From Acidobacteriota bacterium (GTDB lineage Bacteria > Acidobacteriota > Thermoanaerobaculia > Gp7-AA8): 64,000 nucleotides of DNA. Below the pieces are notes generated by a model that had not been told where the DNA came from, did no database searches, and was given only the letters and a program-made list of their open reading frames with translations. Location of the stretch: contig JAFATB010000012.1 of the NCBI GenBank assembly GCA_019244185.1, positions 32,001 to 96,000 of the forward strand. The letters run 5' to 3'. Of the stretch, positions 53,744 to 62,866 are shown piece by piece (positions within the stretch are counted from its first letter, which is position 1; each line of letters opens with the position of its first letter). Made by a program: the position numbers and the translations under genes.

Positions 53744-54539
53744 AGCTCCGGCGAAGAAAACGATTCGCGTCGTCATCGTCGACGACGAGCCGCTCGCGCG
53801 GCAGCGCATCGAGGACCTGCTCGCGCGCGAGGAAAGCGTCGCCATCGCCGGCAGCGCGTCGAACGGCAACGACGCCGTCGACACGATCCGGCGCCTGCAG
53901 CCCGACCTCGTCTTCCTCGACGTGCAGATGCCGGGGAAGACCGGACTCGAAGTCGTGGAGACGGTCGGCGAGGCGATGCCGGCGACGGTCTTCACGACCG
54001 CGTTCGATCAGTACGCGCTGAAGGCGTTCGATCTCGCCGCCGTCGACTATCTCGTCAAGCCGTTCGACGACGACCGCTTCGCGCAGGCGCTGCGCCGCGC
54101 GCGCAAGTCGATCGAGCTCGAGGAAGTCGGACGCGTGACGCAACGCCTGCTCGCGCTGCTGCAGGAAGCGCCGGAAGGCCCGCCGCCGCAGCCGGCCAAG
54201 CGCGACTATCTCGAGCGCATCTCGGTCGAACTGCGCGGCCAGGTGCGCGTCGTGCCGGTGTCGAAGGTCGACTACATCACCGCGAGCGGCCCGTATGCGG
54301 AGCTGCACGTCGGCGACCGGACGTTTGCGATTCGCGAGCGCATGCAGGCGCTCGAGGAGCGCCTCGACCCCGACGTCTTCTTCCGCATCCACCGCTCCGC
54401 CATCGTGCGCCTCGACCGCATCGACACGATGAAGCACGCCGCCGGCGGCGACTACGCCGTGCGCCTCAAGGACGGCACCGAGCTCTCCGTGAGCCGCACG
54501 CGCCGCGAGGAGCTCGAGCAGCGCCTCGGCATCACCTAG
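53736..54539 (+). CDS. LytTR response regulator
   Basis: VDDEPLAR, FLDVQMP, DYLVKP, FFRIHRSAIV, VSR. Confidence 0.93.
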   Translation: MIEAPAKKTIRVVIVDDEPLARQRIEDLLAREESVAIAGSASNGNDAVDTIRRLQPDLVFLDVQMPGKTGLEVVETVGEAMPATVFTTAFDQYALKAFDLAAVDYLVKPFDDDRFAQALRRARKSIELEEVGRVTQRLLALLQEAPEGPPPQPAKRDYLERISVELRGQVRVVPVSKVDYITASGPYAELHVGDRTFAIRERMQALEERLDPDVFFRIHRSAIVRLDRIDTMKHAAGGDYAVRLKDGTELSVSRTRREELEQRLGIT

Positions 54540-54541
54540 CG

Positions 54542-55389
54542 TCATTTTCGCGGCCGCAGGATCAGCCGCGCGTGCGCGTAGTCGAACGTGACGATGAAAC
54601 GCGACAGCACGCCCGCGCCGATCGCGCTCTCGGTTCCCGGCAGCGGTCCGCAGCAGCTCGCATCGACGTCGTGCAGCACGAGCGAGTCGAAGCGGATCGT
54701 TTCGACCGTGCCCGCCACGCCGCCGCCTCCCGCCGCGCCGATGCCGTTGCCGACGGTGATCGTCTTCAGCGGCGCCGTCGATCGGCGCAGCAGCGGATGG
54801 TTCACCGAGTCGGTCGAGCCGGAGTCGACGAAGAACTCCGTCGTCTGCTCCGGCACACCGGCGACCTTGATGAAGCCGCGGACGTAGATCCATTTCCCCT
54901 TCGTGCCGCCGAAACGGATCGGCATCACGACGTCGTTCCGTCGCGGCCGCGCGTCGCGCGCGAAGACGATCCGCCGCGCGTCGGGATCGAATGTGATCGC
55001 GAAGCGCGCGAGCAACTCGTAGCCGAAGAAGCCGTCGAGCCGATGACCGATCATCGCCTCGATGCCGGAGAGATCGGCGACGCGCACGCCGTCGAACGTC
55101 ACGCGCGTGTCGTCGAACGCGAAGGTCACTCGATCCGCGAGTCGCACCGGCACCGCGCCGCCGCCCGCGCCGGAGACAGCAGCGCCTTCGTGCGTCGCGA
55201 GCCGCAGCCGCGCGGCCGCGCGCGAATCGAGAAAGGTGTACGGCGAGCCGCTGTCGATGAGAAACCAAGCGGCGCGCTGCCGTTGACGCGGACTGCGAAG
55301 AGCCGCAATCCGCTTGCGGAGGTTGTCGGAACGGCGTGCGCGCACGCGGCGAGCAGCGGCAGCGCGCATGCGAGTGCGAGCCCTTTCAC
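54542..55389 (-). pseudogene. Aspartyl protease (retropepsin-like, two domains) lipoprotein with frameshift near 55268
   Basis: GTG start overlapping the upstream stop gives MKGLALACALPLLAAC...VRVNGSAP, then a frame change to WFLIDSGS; second motif FVDSGS. Confidence 0.75.
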
Positions 55390-56369
55390 AGCATCCTCCG
55401 CAACGCGAGCGTCACGTGCAGCGTGCGCGTGCCGCGGCGCACGACGAGCGCGTGCGTGCGTACGGAATGGAACGCTTTCCAGACGCGATCGACGCCGAGG
55501 ACGAGAGCGGACTGGCCGTCGATCGCCGTGATGATGTCGCCTTTCTGCAGGCCCGCTTCGGCGCCGGGCGAACGCGCATAGACCTGCGCGATGACGAGAC
55601 CGTCGCGGCCTTGTTCGAGCTCGAGGCCGCTCGTGTCGAATAGCCACGCGTCGCCGAAGTAGCGGTTCGGTTCGAGAAAGAGGCGCTGATGCGGAAAGTC
55701 GGCGATGACGTGAAAGCGATGCAGCAGCTCGCCGCCGAACTTTGCGTCGCCCGACGTGGCATTGATGCCTTCGAGGCGGAATGGACCGAGAACGAACCGT
55801 TCCGCGCGCGCCAGGTCGGGGCCGATCGGTTCGCCGCCGTCGCTCTTGAACAGCGGATCGGCGAGCGCGCCGCCGGAGCCGCTGTCGACGAGATCGTCGC
55901 GCGTCACCGCGTCGTGACCCGCGACTTTCAGCTCCACGCGCACGAACGGACGGTTCTTCACGAGCGTCACCGGAATCGCCGCGACGTCCGGCGGCGGCGT
56001 GAACGTCGCGGGATCGTGCAGGCGGACGAGTCCCGCGTCGTAGTCCATCTCGACGACGAACTGTTGAAAGACGTCCATGCCGATCACGCCGTCGAGATGC
56101 TTGCCGCTGATGGCTTCGAAGAACGCCAGGTCGAGCGTGGCGAGCTTCGGGACGCGCACGCGCTTGCCCGCGATCGACAGCGTTGCCGGTCCCGCTTTGG
56201 TGAGATGCGGATCGATGTACGACGTCGGCGCGGCGGTGTCGAGCAGAAATGTGCGCGGCGGTCCGCCGTTCACGCGCACGGGCACGAGGAGCAGGTTCTC
56301 GTGGACGGTCGCGGGAACGAGGTACGCCGCGTCGGCGGTGGCGAGGAGGAGCGCGAGCGCGAGGAACAT
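55386..56369 (-). CDS. Secreted aspartyl protease-like protein with PDZ domain
   Basis: Signal peptide; LLDTAA and LVDSGS motifs; SPGAEAGLQKGDII PDZ. Confidence 0.82.
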   Translation of the reverse strand: MFLALALLLATADAAYLVPATVHENLLLVPVRVNGGPPRTFLLDTAAPTSYIDPHLTKAGPATLSIAGKRVRVPKLATLDLAFFEAISGKHLDGVIGMDVFQQFVVEMDYDAGLVRLHDPATFTPPPDVAAIPVTLVKNRPFVRVELKVAGHDAVTRDDLVDSGSGGALADPLFKSDGGEPIGPDLARAERFVLGPFRLEGINATSGDAKFGGELLHRFHVIADFPHQRLFLEPNRYFGDAWLFDTSGLELEQGRDGLVIAQVYARSPGAEAGLQKGDIITAIDGQSALVLGVDRVWKAFHSVRTHALVVRRGTRTLHVTLALRRML

Positions 56370-56412
56370 GCGCGCACGTTGCGGCCGCGCGGAATCGAAG
56401 TCGATGGACGAA

Positions 56413-57225
56413 TCATGAGTTTGTGCTGAGCGCGACCCTTGCGGCGAGGCGCGCGTAGACGGCGCCCGGATCGGCGCTCGCGGGAAGCTCTTCGTCCGCC
56501 GCCCACGCCTGGCGGTTGTCGGCGACGCGGAAGAGCTGTGCCGTGACGCGGAGCGACGCGCCGTGCTGTCGCACCGCGCCGAGGAGGACGTATTGCGCGT
56601 CGAGCTGCCGGCCGATGTGGATGATGCATTCGCCGCTGCGCTTGAACTTCGCGGCGGTGAGCGGGTCGATGACGCCGAGGCGTTGCGGATCGATCTTCGC
56701 GAGCGCGGTGATCACTTCCTCGGTCGCCACGTCTTCGGCGCGGGCGGTGCCGCCGAGGTTGTCGAAGGGGAGGACGAGGACGGTCGTGCGCGGCGTCGTC
56801 GCGTGCAGGCGGATGCCGCCGGCGAGGAGCGCGAGTGCGAGCGATGCGGCGAGCGCGGGCCAGCGGCGGACGCGCGGTGACGAAGTCGGTATCGGCGTTG
56901 CGGCCGGCGTCGCATCGAGCGTTGCATCGACCGTTGCGATGAAGCGATAGCCGCGGCGCGGCACGGTCTGGATGAAGCGCGGTGCGGACGCGTCGTCGCC
57001 GAGAGCTTCGCGGATGCGGCGGATGCACCAGTTGAGACCCTGGTCGAAATCGACGAACGTCTCCTCGCCCCAGACGTGACGGCGGATCTCCTCGCGCGTC
57101 ACGAGCGTGCCGGCGCGCGCGGCGAGGAGCGCGAGCACGCGCATCGGCTGCGGCTGGAGGTGCACGGGCGCGCCGTCGCGCCGCAGCTCGTTGGTGTCGG
57201 TCAGTTCGAAGCCGGCGAAGTGCAT
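56413..57225 (-). CDS. OmpR/CadC-type winged-helix membrane regulator with TolB-like domain
   Basis: LQPQPMRVL, LVTREEI, FIQTVPRRGYRF, TM, VLPFDNL. Confidence 0.87.
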   Translation of the reverse strand: MHFAGFELTDTNELRRDGAPVHLQPQPMRVLALLAARAGTLVTREEIRRHVWGEETFVDFDQGLNWCIRRIREALGDDASAPRFIQTVPRRGYRFIATVDATLDATPAATPIPTSSPRVRRWPALAASLALALLAGGIRLHATTPRTTVLVLPFDNLGGTARAEDVATEEVITALAKIDPQRLGVIDPLTAAKFKRSGECIIHIGRQLDAQYVLLGAVRQHGASLRVTAQLFRVADNRQAWAADEELPASADPGAVYARLAARVALSTNS

Positions 57226-57245
57226 GCGTGAAGAGTACGGCCGGA

Positions 57246-57260
57246 TGGCGTAGCGGTTGC
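57246..57260 (+). promoter_or_regulatory. Sigma-54 -24/-12 promoter
   Basis: TGGCGT-AGCGG-TTGC. Confidence 0.65.
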
Positions 57261-57303
57261 GAATACTCGCGCTCGCAGTCGATCGAACCTGGAGGCGAAG
57301 CTC

Positions 57304-57954
57304 ATGAAAACAAAAGGATTCCTGGCAGCAGCAACGGCGCTCTCGATGCTCATGGGAGCGTCCGCATTCGCGGATTCGCGTCATCGTGACGAGACACGAG
57401 ACCGCTACGAGTCGAATCGCAGCGTGACGATGGAAGGACGCGTCCAGCGTCTGTCACGCGAACGTGACGGCTACCGCGTGACGCTCGATCGCGGCGGCGA
57501 GTCGTACTTTGTCCCGGCGTCGGCGCTGCGCCGCGGCGGGCGCGCGCTCGACCTGCGCGTCGGCGTCTCCGTGCGCTTCTACGGCACGTACGACTCGCGC
57601 GGTTACGTCAACGTCTCGTCGTGCGACTGGCTCGACGACGACGGCGGGTACTACGGCAACGACGGCTATCGCAATGATGGCTACCGCAACGACGGTTCCT
57701 ACCGCGGCGGACGCGAGGCGTTCGTGAGCGGCGTGATCGATCGCGTCGACGACCGCCGCGGCGTCGCCGAACTGCGCGACGGCCGCAGCCGCCAGCGCAT
57801 CACCATCGTCATGCGCCGTGGCGACGATCGCCGCAACCGCGGCATCGACCTCAACGACCTGCGCCGCGGCGACGCGGTCACGTTCGCCGGCTCGTGGGGA
57901 CGCAACGGCGTGTTCGAAGCGTGGCGGATCGACAGCGTGAACTCGCGGCGGTAA
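57304..57954 (+). CDS. Secreted protein with two OB-fold-like repeats
   Basis: GGAGG RBS; signal peptide; DLRVGVSVRFYG and DLRRGDAVTFAG repeats; NDGYR repeats in the linker. Confidence 0.78.
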   Translation: MKTKGFLAAATALSMLMGASAFADSRHRDETRDRYESNRSVTMEGRVQRLSRERDGYRVTLDRGGESYFVPASALRRGGRALDLRVGVSVRFYGTYDSRGYVNVSSCDWLDDDGGYYGNDGYRNDGYRNDGSYRGGREAFVSGVIDRVDDRRGVAELRDGRSRQRITIVMRRGDDRRNRGIDLNDLRRGDAVTFAGSWGRNGVFEAWRIDSVNSRR

Positions 57955-58033
57955 GGCGAAGGCAGAAGGCGGAACCCGCAGGTGAGGTGAACGGCTTCAA
58001 CGTTCTGCCTTCTGCCCTCTGCCTTCTGCCTTC
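57953..58033. repeat. Inverted heptamer arrays (GGCAGAA / TTCTGCC)
   Basis: aaggcgaaggcagaaggcggaa, then TTCTGCC TTCTGCC CTCTGCC TTCTGCC TTC at 58003-58033. Confidence 0.8.
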
Positions 58034-58072
58034 AAGTCGCGATCTCGCGCCGACCGGTTAGCATGCTCGCGG

Positions 58073-59899
58073 ATGACGGCACGCGGCGCAGCGACGATGA
58101 GCGGCCTCGCCGCCGCGTTTCTCGTCACGCTGCTGCTCGCCGCCGACGTCCCTGCCGCGCTCGAGTTGCCAGCGCGCGATCTCGCGTTGCGCCTGCTGCC
58201 GCGGCGTCCCGCGCGCGCGACCGCGATCGTCGCCATCGATGAACGCTCCGTGCGCGCGGTCGGACCGTGGCCGTGGCCGCGCGCGACGCTCGCGCGGCTC
58301 GTCGACCGCGCCGCGGACGCGGGCGCGCGCGCGGCGATCGTCGACATCCTGCTGACGGAAGCGCGTCCCGGCGACGAGCTGCTCGCACGCGCGATGAAAC
58401 GGCTGCCGTCGATTGCGGTGTGCGTGCTCGCGGAACGCGGGCAGTGGCTCGTCCCCGCGCCGGCATTCGACAGTTCCGCGATCGTCGCGCACGGCAACTT
58501 CGAGCTCGATCGCGATGGCATCCTGCGCCGTTTCGCGTCGACGAAACAGGATCGCAGCCGCGCGTTCGCCGCTGTGTCCTTCGAGGCCGCGTCGTTCATC
58601 CGCGTGACGGCAGTGCCGGTCGGCCGCTCCGTCGCGCCGGCGTTTCGCACCGCGCCGCGCGACGTGCCGGTCGTGAGCGCCGTCGACGTGCTGCGCGACC
58701 CGAACGCCTCGCGCTCTCTGCGCGGAAAGCTCGTCTTCATCGGGCCGACCGCGCTCGGACTCGGCGACCGCGTGCTGACGCCCGTCTCCGCGCGACTCGC
58801 GCCCGACACCGGCGTCTCCGTGCACGCCGCGGCCACCGAGTCGATCCTGCGCAACGAAGACGTGCGCGCGTTGCCGCCGCTCGCCGGCGGCGCGTTCGCG
58901 GGCATCGTCGCCGGAACGATCGTCGGCGTGCGTCGCCGCGCGCGCGGCGTCCGCGTCATCGTCGCGGGCGCGTTTCTCCTCGCGATTCTCGGCGGCGGCT
59001 ACGCGCTCCTCGCGAGCACCGGCATCGCCGTTCCGTCGGTGACGCTGATGCTCGCGCTGCTCGTCGCCGCCGGCGGCGCGGAAGCGACGCGCATGGCCTC
59101 GCGCCTGCGCCAGAGCCGCGAGGCCGCCGCGCGGCTCGAGACGAACCTCGGCTACGCGTCCGCGGCTCCCGGCGACGAAGTCGGCCTGCGCCTCGAGGAG
59201 ATCGCCACGCGGCTCGCGGAGCGCCGCGCGCAGGAGCTCGAATCGCAGCGCGTCCTCGCGCACGAGCTCAAGACGCCGCTCGCGTCGATGCGCAGCCTCA
59301 CGCAGCTCCTCGGCGGCTTCGAGCTCTCCGACGCCGAGCGCCGCCGCGTCACCTCGCTCCTCGAGGCGGAAGCGGGCAAACTGCAGCTGATGGTCTCGGG
59401 CCTGCTCGATCTCGAACGCCTCGCGCTGCGCAACTTCGACTCCGCGTCCGCCGTCACAGACCTCGGCACGCTCGCCGCCGCGCGCGTCGAGCTGCTGCGC
59501 GCGAGCGCCGATCGTCCGGTCGCCGTCGACGCGCCGCCGGGCATCCGCGTGCGCGGCGATGCGATCCTGCTCGAGCGCATCATCGACAATCTCGTGACCA
59601 ACGCCATGAAGTACACGCCGCCGCGGACGCCCGTGCACGTCGCCGTCGAACGACGCGACGGCATCGCGCTGCTCGCCGTCGAAGATCGCGGACGCGGCAT
59701 TCCGACGAGCGAACGTGCACGCGTGTTTCAACGCTTCGCGCGCGGCTCGACGGCGGCGGGCACGGAAGGCCTCGGGCTCGGACTCGCGCTGGTCGCCGAG
59801 GTCGCGCGGTGGCATCGAGGTGAGGTCGCGGTGGAAGATGCGCAGGGCGGCGGCGCGCGTTTCGTCGTGACGTTGCCGCTGATCGAGGATGAACGCTGA
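58073..59899 (+). CDS. CHASE2-domain sensor histidine kinase
   Basis: IVAIDERS, GPWPWPR, DRDGILRR, GVSVHA; HELKTPL, NAMKY, DRGRG, GLGLGL. Confidence 0.9.
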   Translation: MTARGAATMSGLAAAFLVTLLLAADVPAALELPARDLALRLLPRRPARATAIVAIDERSVRAVGPWPWPRATLARLVDRAADAGARAAIVDILLTEARPGDELLARAMKRLPSIAVCVLAERGQWLVPAPAFDSSAIVAHGNFELDRDGILRRFASTKQDRSRAFAAVSFEAASFIRVTAVPVGRSVAPAFRTAPRDVPVVSAVDVLRDPNASRSLRGKLVFIGPTALGLGDRVLTPVSARLAPDTGVSVHAAATESILRNEDVRALPPLAGGAFAGIVAGTIVGVRRRARGVRVIVAGAFLLAILGGGYALLASTGIAVPSVTLMLALLVAAGGAEATRMASRLRQSREAAARLETNLGYASAAPGDEVGLRLEEIATRLAERRAQELESQRVLAHELKTPLASMRSLTQLLGGFELSDAERRRVTSLLEAEAGKLQLMVSGLLDLERLALRNFDSASAVTDLGTLAAARVELLRASADRPVAVDAPPGIRVRGDAILLERIIDNLVTNAMKYTPPRTPVHVAVERRDGIALLAVEDRGRGIPTSERARVFQRFARGSTAAGTEGLGLGLALVAEVARWHRGEVAVEDAQGGGARFVVTLPLIEDER

Positions 59900-61260
59900 T
59901 GGCCACCGTGCTCGTGGTCGATGACGACGCCGGCATCCGCGAGAGCGTCGTGCTCGCGCTGACGAAAGTGGGCCATCGCACGCTGCAGGCCGACAGCGCG
60001 GGCGCGGCGCTGCAACTGCTGCGCGACCATCGCGTCGACCTCGTCGTCAGCGACATCTACATGCCCGGCGACGACGGCCTCGCGCTGCTGCGCGCGATCT
60101 CCGAGCGCCGCGATCCGCCGCGCGTCATTCTGATGACCGCACGCGGCACGATCGAGACGACCGCGCTCGCGCAGCGCTTTGGCGCGTTCGACTACCTGGC
60201 AAAACCGTTCGAGCTCTCCGAGCTCGTCGCGCGCGTCGGCGCGGCCACACGGCGCGTGCCGATTGCGGAAGAGCAAATCGAAGCCGCGCCGCCGTCGCGC
60301 ATCATCGGCTCGCATCCGTCGATGGTGGCGATGTACAAGGCCATCGCGCGCGTCGCGCCGCTGCGCGTGCCGGTGCTGATCCTCGGCGAGAGCGGCAGCG
60401 GCAAGGAGCTCGTCGCGCAGTCGATCCACGATCTCGGCGACCGCGCGTCGGGGCCGTTCGTCGCGCTCAACTGCGGCGCGATTCCCGACACGCTGCTGGA
60501 AAACGAGCTCTTCGGTTCGACGCGCGGCGCGTTCACGGATTCGCGTCAGGACCGCCGCGGCGCACTCTCGCGCGCGGACGGCGGGACGCTGTTCCTCGAC
60601 GAGATCGGCGACATCTCCGCCGCGTTTCAGGCGAAGCTGCTGCGCTTCCTGCAGGACGGCAGCGTGACGCCGCTCGGCTCCGACAAGAGCCATCGCGTCG
60701 ACGTGCGCGTCGTCGCGGCCACGCATCGCGATCTCAAGCATCTCGTCGCTTCCGGCGCGTTCCGCGAAGATCTCTACTATCGACTGGCGGCCTACGAGAT
60801 CGACGTGCCGCCGCTGCGCGCGCGCCGTTCCGACATCCCGCTGCTCGTCGAGCACTTCCGCCGCCGCATCGCCACGGAGATGCATCGCGAGACGCTTCCC
60901 GGTCCGTCGCGCGCCGTGCTCGACGCGCTCGACGCGTACGACTGGCCGGGCAACGTGCGCCAGCTCGAACAGGTGCTGCGCCGCGCCGCCATCGACTCGA
61001 ACGGTCTCACCGATGCGCGTGCGGTCGAGAGCGCGCTGCAGTCGATCGCGCCGCGCGCGGCGGAGGCGCGCGAGGAGCACGCGGACGAAGCGCCGCGCGA
61101 CGAGCTCGTGTCGCTCGACGAGGCCGAACGGCGCCACATCGTGGCCGTCCTCCGCGCGACGGCGGGGAATCAGACGCAGGCGGCGTTCATTCTGGGCATC
61201 GAACGGAAAACGCTTGCGCGCAAAATGAAGCGTCTCCAGATTTCCCTCGATCAGGAATGA
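59899..61260 (+). CDS. Sigma-54-dependent response regulator (NtrC-like)
   Basis: Receiver, GESGSGKE, GAFTD, FLDEIG, WPGNVRQL, HTH. Confidence 0.93.
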   Translation: MATVLVVDDDAGIRESVVLALTKVGHRTLQADSAGAALQLLRDHRVDLVVSDIYMPGDDGLALLRAISERRDPPRVILMTARGTIETTALAQRFGAFDYLAKPFELSELVARVGAATRRVPIAEEQIEAAPPSRIIGSHPSMVAMYKAIARVAPLRVPVLILGESGSGKELVAQSIHDLGDRASGPFVALNCGAIPDTLLENELFGSTRGAFTDSRQDRRGALSRADGGTLFLDEIGDISAAFQAKLLRFLQDGSVTPLGSDKSHRVDVRVVAATHRDLKHLVASGAFREDLYYRLAAYEIDVPPLRARRSDIPLLVEHFRRRIATEMHRETLPGPSRAVLDALDAYDWPGNVRQLEQVLRRAAIDSNGLTDARAVESALQSIAPRAAEAREEHADEAPRDELVSLDEAERRHIVAVLRATAGNQTQAAFILGIERKTLARKMKRLQISLDQE

Positions 61261-62021
61261 GGCATCGCATGAAACAGGTCCTCGCGTCGCTGTTGACTGT
61301 CTTCGCCGTACAGAGCGCGGTGCCGCAGTCCGCGTTGCTCGACTACCGTTTCGAGGAAGTGCGCCACACCGTGACGCTGACCGCGGAGCACAAGAGCGTC
61401 GTGACGGGCGAGCACGCGCGCAGCGGCGACGGCGTGGAGACGGGCTGGTTCTCGTACGCGCGCATCGCGTCAGCGACGCACCGCGCCGAGTTCGAGCTCT
61501 TCAGCTCGACCAGCGTCACGCTCGCCGGCGGCACGCCTGGCGTCGTGCTCTCGCTCCAGCGCGGCCGCATCCGCGCCGCGTTCGACAAGCTCACCGGCAG
61601 CGAGCCGCGCATCGTGCAGACGCCCGGCGCATTGCTCGCCGTGCGCGGCACGAAGTTCGACGTCGAGGTCGCGCGCGACGGCAACACCACCGTCGACGTC
61701 TTCGAAGGCGTCGTCGAAGTGCGCTCGCCGCTGCAGCACGAGCCGCTCTTCGTGCGCGCGGGAGAGGAGTCGATCTACGGACACGGACGCGCGCCCGCCG
61801 TGCAGCCGATGCCGCAGGATCGCCGCAACAACGCCCCCGGCCACGACGGCGAGCGCGGCACGCAGCCGCACGACGGCTCGCATCGCGACCCGCGCGGCGG
61901 CGACGGCAACGAGCCGGGCAACGGTCCCGGAGGCTTCGGCGGTCCCGATGGTCCGAGCGGACATCAACCGCCTCCGCCGCCGAATCCCGGTCCGCCGCCG
62001 AACAAGCCGCCCGTCGCGTAA
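61257..62021 (+). CDS. Exported FecR-domain protein with Gly/Pro-rich tail
   Basis: VQTPGALLAVRGTKFDV, VDVFEGVVEV. Confidence 0.82.
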   Translation: MRHRMKQVLASLLTVFAVQSAVPQSALLDYRFEEVRHTVTLTAEHKSVVTGEHARSGDGVETGWFSYARIASATHRAEFELFSSTSVTLAGGTPGVVLSLQRGRIRAAFDKLTGSEPRIVQTPGALLAVRGTKFDVEVARDGNTTVDVFEGVVEVRSPLQHEPLFVRAGEESIYGHGRAPAVQPMPQDRRNNAPGHDGERGTQPHDGSHRDPRGGDGNEPGNGPGGFGGPDGPSGHQPPPPPNPGPPPNKPPVA

Positions 62022-62115
62022 CACCGAGTCACTTCGACGCGCCGCGCCCCGCGCATACGCATCGCGGCGCGTCATTCGATCCCGCTCTGCAACCGTCTCC
62101 TCTCTGCGCGATGCG

Positions 62116-62130
62116 TGGCACCGCGCTTGA
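62116..62130 (+). promoter_or_regulatory. Sigma-54-like promoter
   Basis: TGGCAC-CGCGC-TTGA (one mismatch at -12). Confidence 0.55.
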
Positions 62131-62186
62131 GCTAGTCGTCCGCCCATCGCGGCGGACGCGCTCCGCCGGAAAAGGAGATCAAGCAG

Positions 62187-62744
62187 ATGAAACGCACACT
62201 GGTTCTCGTACTCGCAATGTGGATGATCGCGGCCGTCGCCAGCGCGAACGGCGGTGGTCATGGCGGCCCGCCTCCAAGCGGCTTCGACGATCGCGGCGGC
62301 GATCACGGTGGTGGTCCCGGCGGCGAGCCGCTCATCGTCGGCACCGACGGCACGGTCTACATCACGCGCGGCATCACCGACTCGGCGACGAACACCACGA
62401 CGACCACCGTCAGCGCGATCACGCCCGCGGGCGCCACGGCGTGGACCGTCACGCTTCCGAGCGGCCGCGGTCCGCTGCTCCTGTCGGGCAGCAACCTGCT
62501 CACCGTGCGTGAGACGGAAGCGAGCGACGGCAGCGAGACGTCGACGATCACCGCCATCGCGACGTCGAACGGCGCGACCGCGTGGACGCTCAACCTCAAT
62601 GGCGACGTCACCGGCCTGCGCCCGTTCAGCGGCGGCACGTACGCCACCGTCGTCGTCCCGCCGGCGACGTCGACCGCGAGCCCGACGCGGTCTCTCGTAG
62701 CGATCAGCAACAGCGGCACGATCCTCTGGACGGTGACGTTGTAA
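62187..62744 (+). CDS. Secreted protein with PQQ-like beta-propeller blades
   Basis: AGGAG RBS, signal peptide, repeated G-xx-x-WT motifs (GATAWT x2, GTILWT). Confidence 0.75.
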   Translation: MKRTLVLVLAMWMIAAVASANGGGHGGPPPSGFDDRGGDHGGGPGGEPLIVGTDGTVYITRGITDSATNTTTTTVSAITPAGATAWTVTLPSGRGPLLLSGSNLLTVRETEASDGSETSTITAIATSNGATAWTLNLNGDVTGLRPFSGGTYATVVVPPATSTASPTRSLVAISNSGTILWTVTL

Positions 62745-62775
62745 TCCGCCCGCGCACGTGACGTTGTGAGGTCGG

Positions 62776-62817
62776 CAGGGCGCGCGGCGGAGAGCGACCG
62801 TCGCGCGCCTTGTTTTT
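62776..62817 (+). terminator. Rho-independent terminator
   Basis: ggcgcgcggcgg / ccgtcgcgcgcc stem followed by ttgttttt. Confidence 0.75.
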
Positions 62818-62866
62818 CACGGTTCCATCTTTACGGCGTCGTGCAATTCCGTTAGCGTCATCCGCC

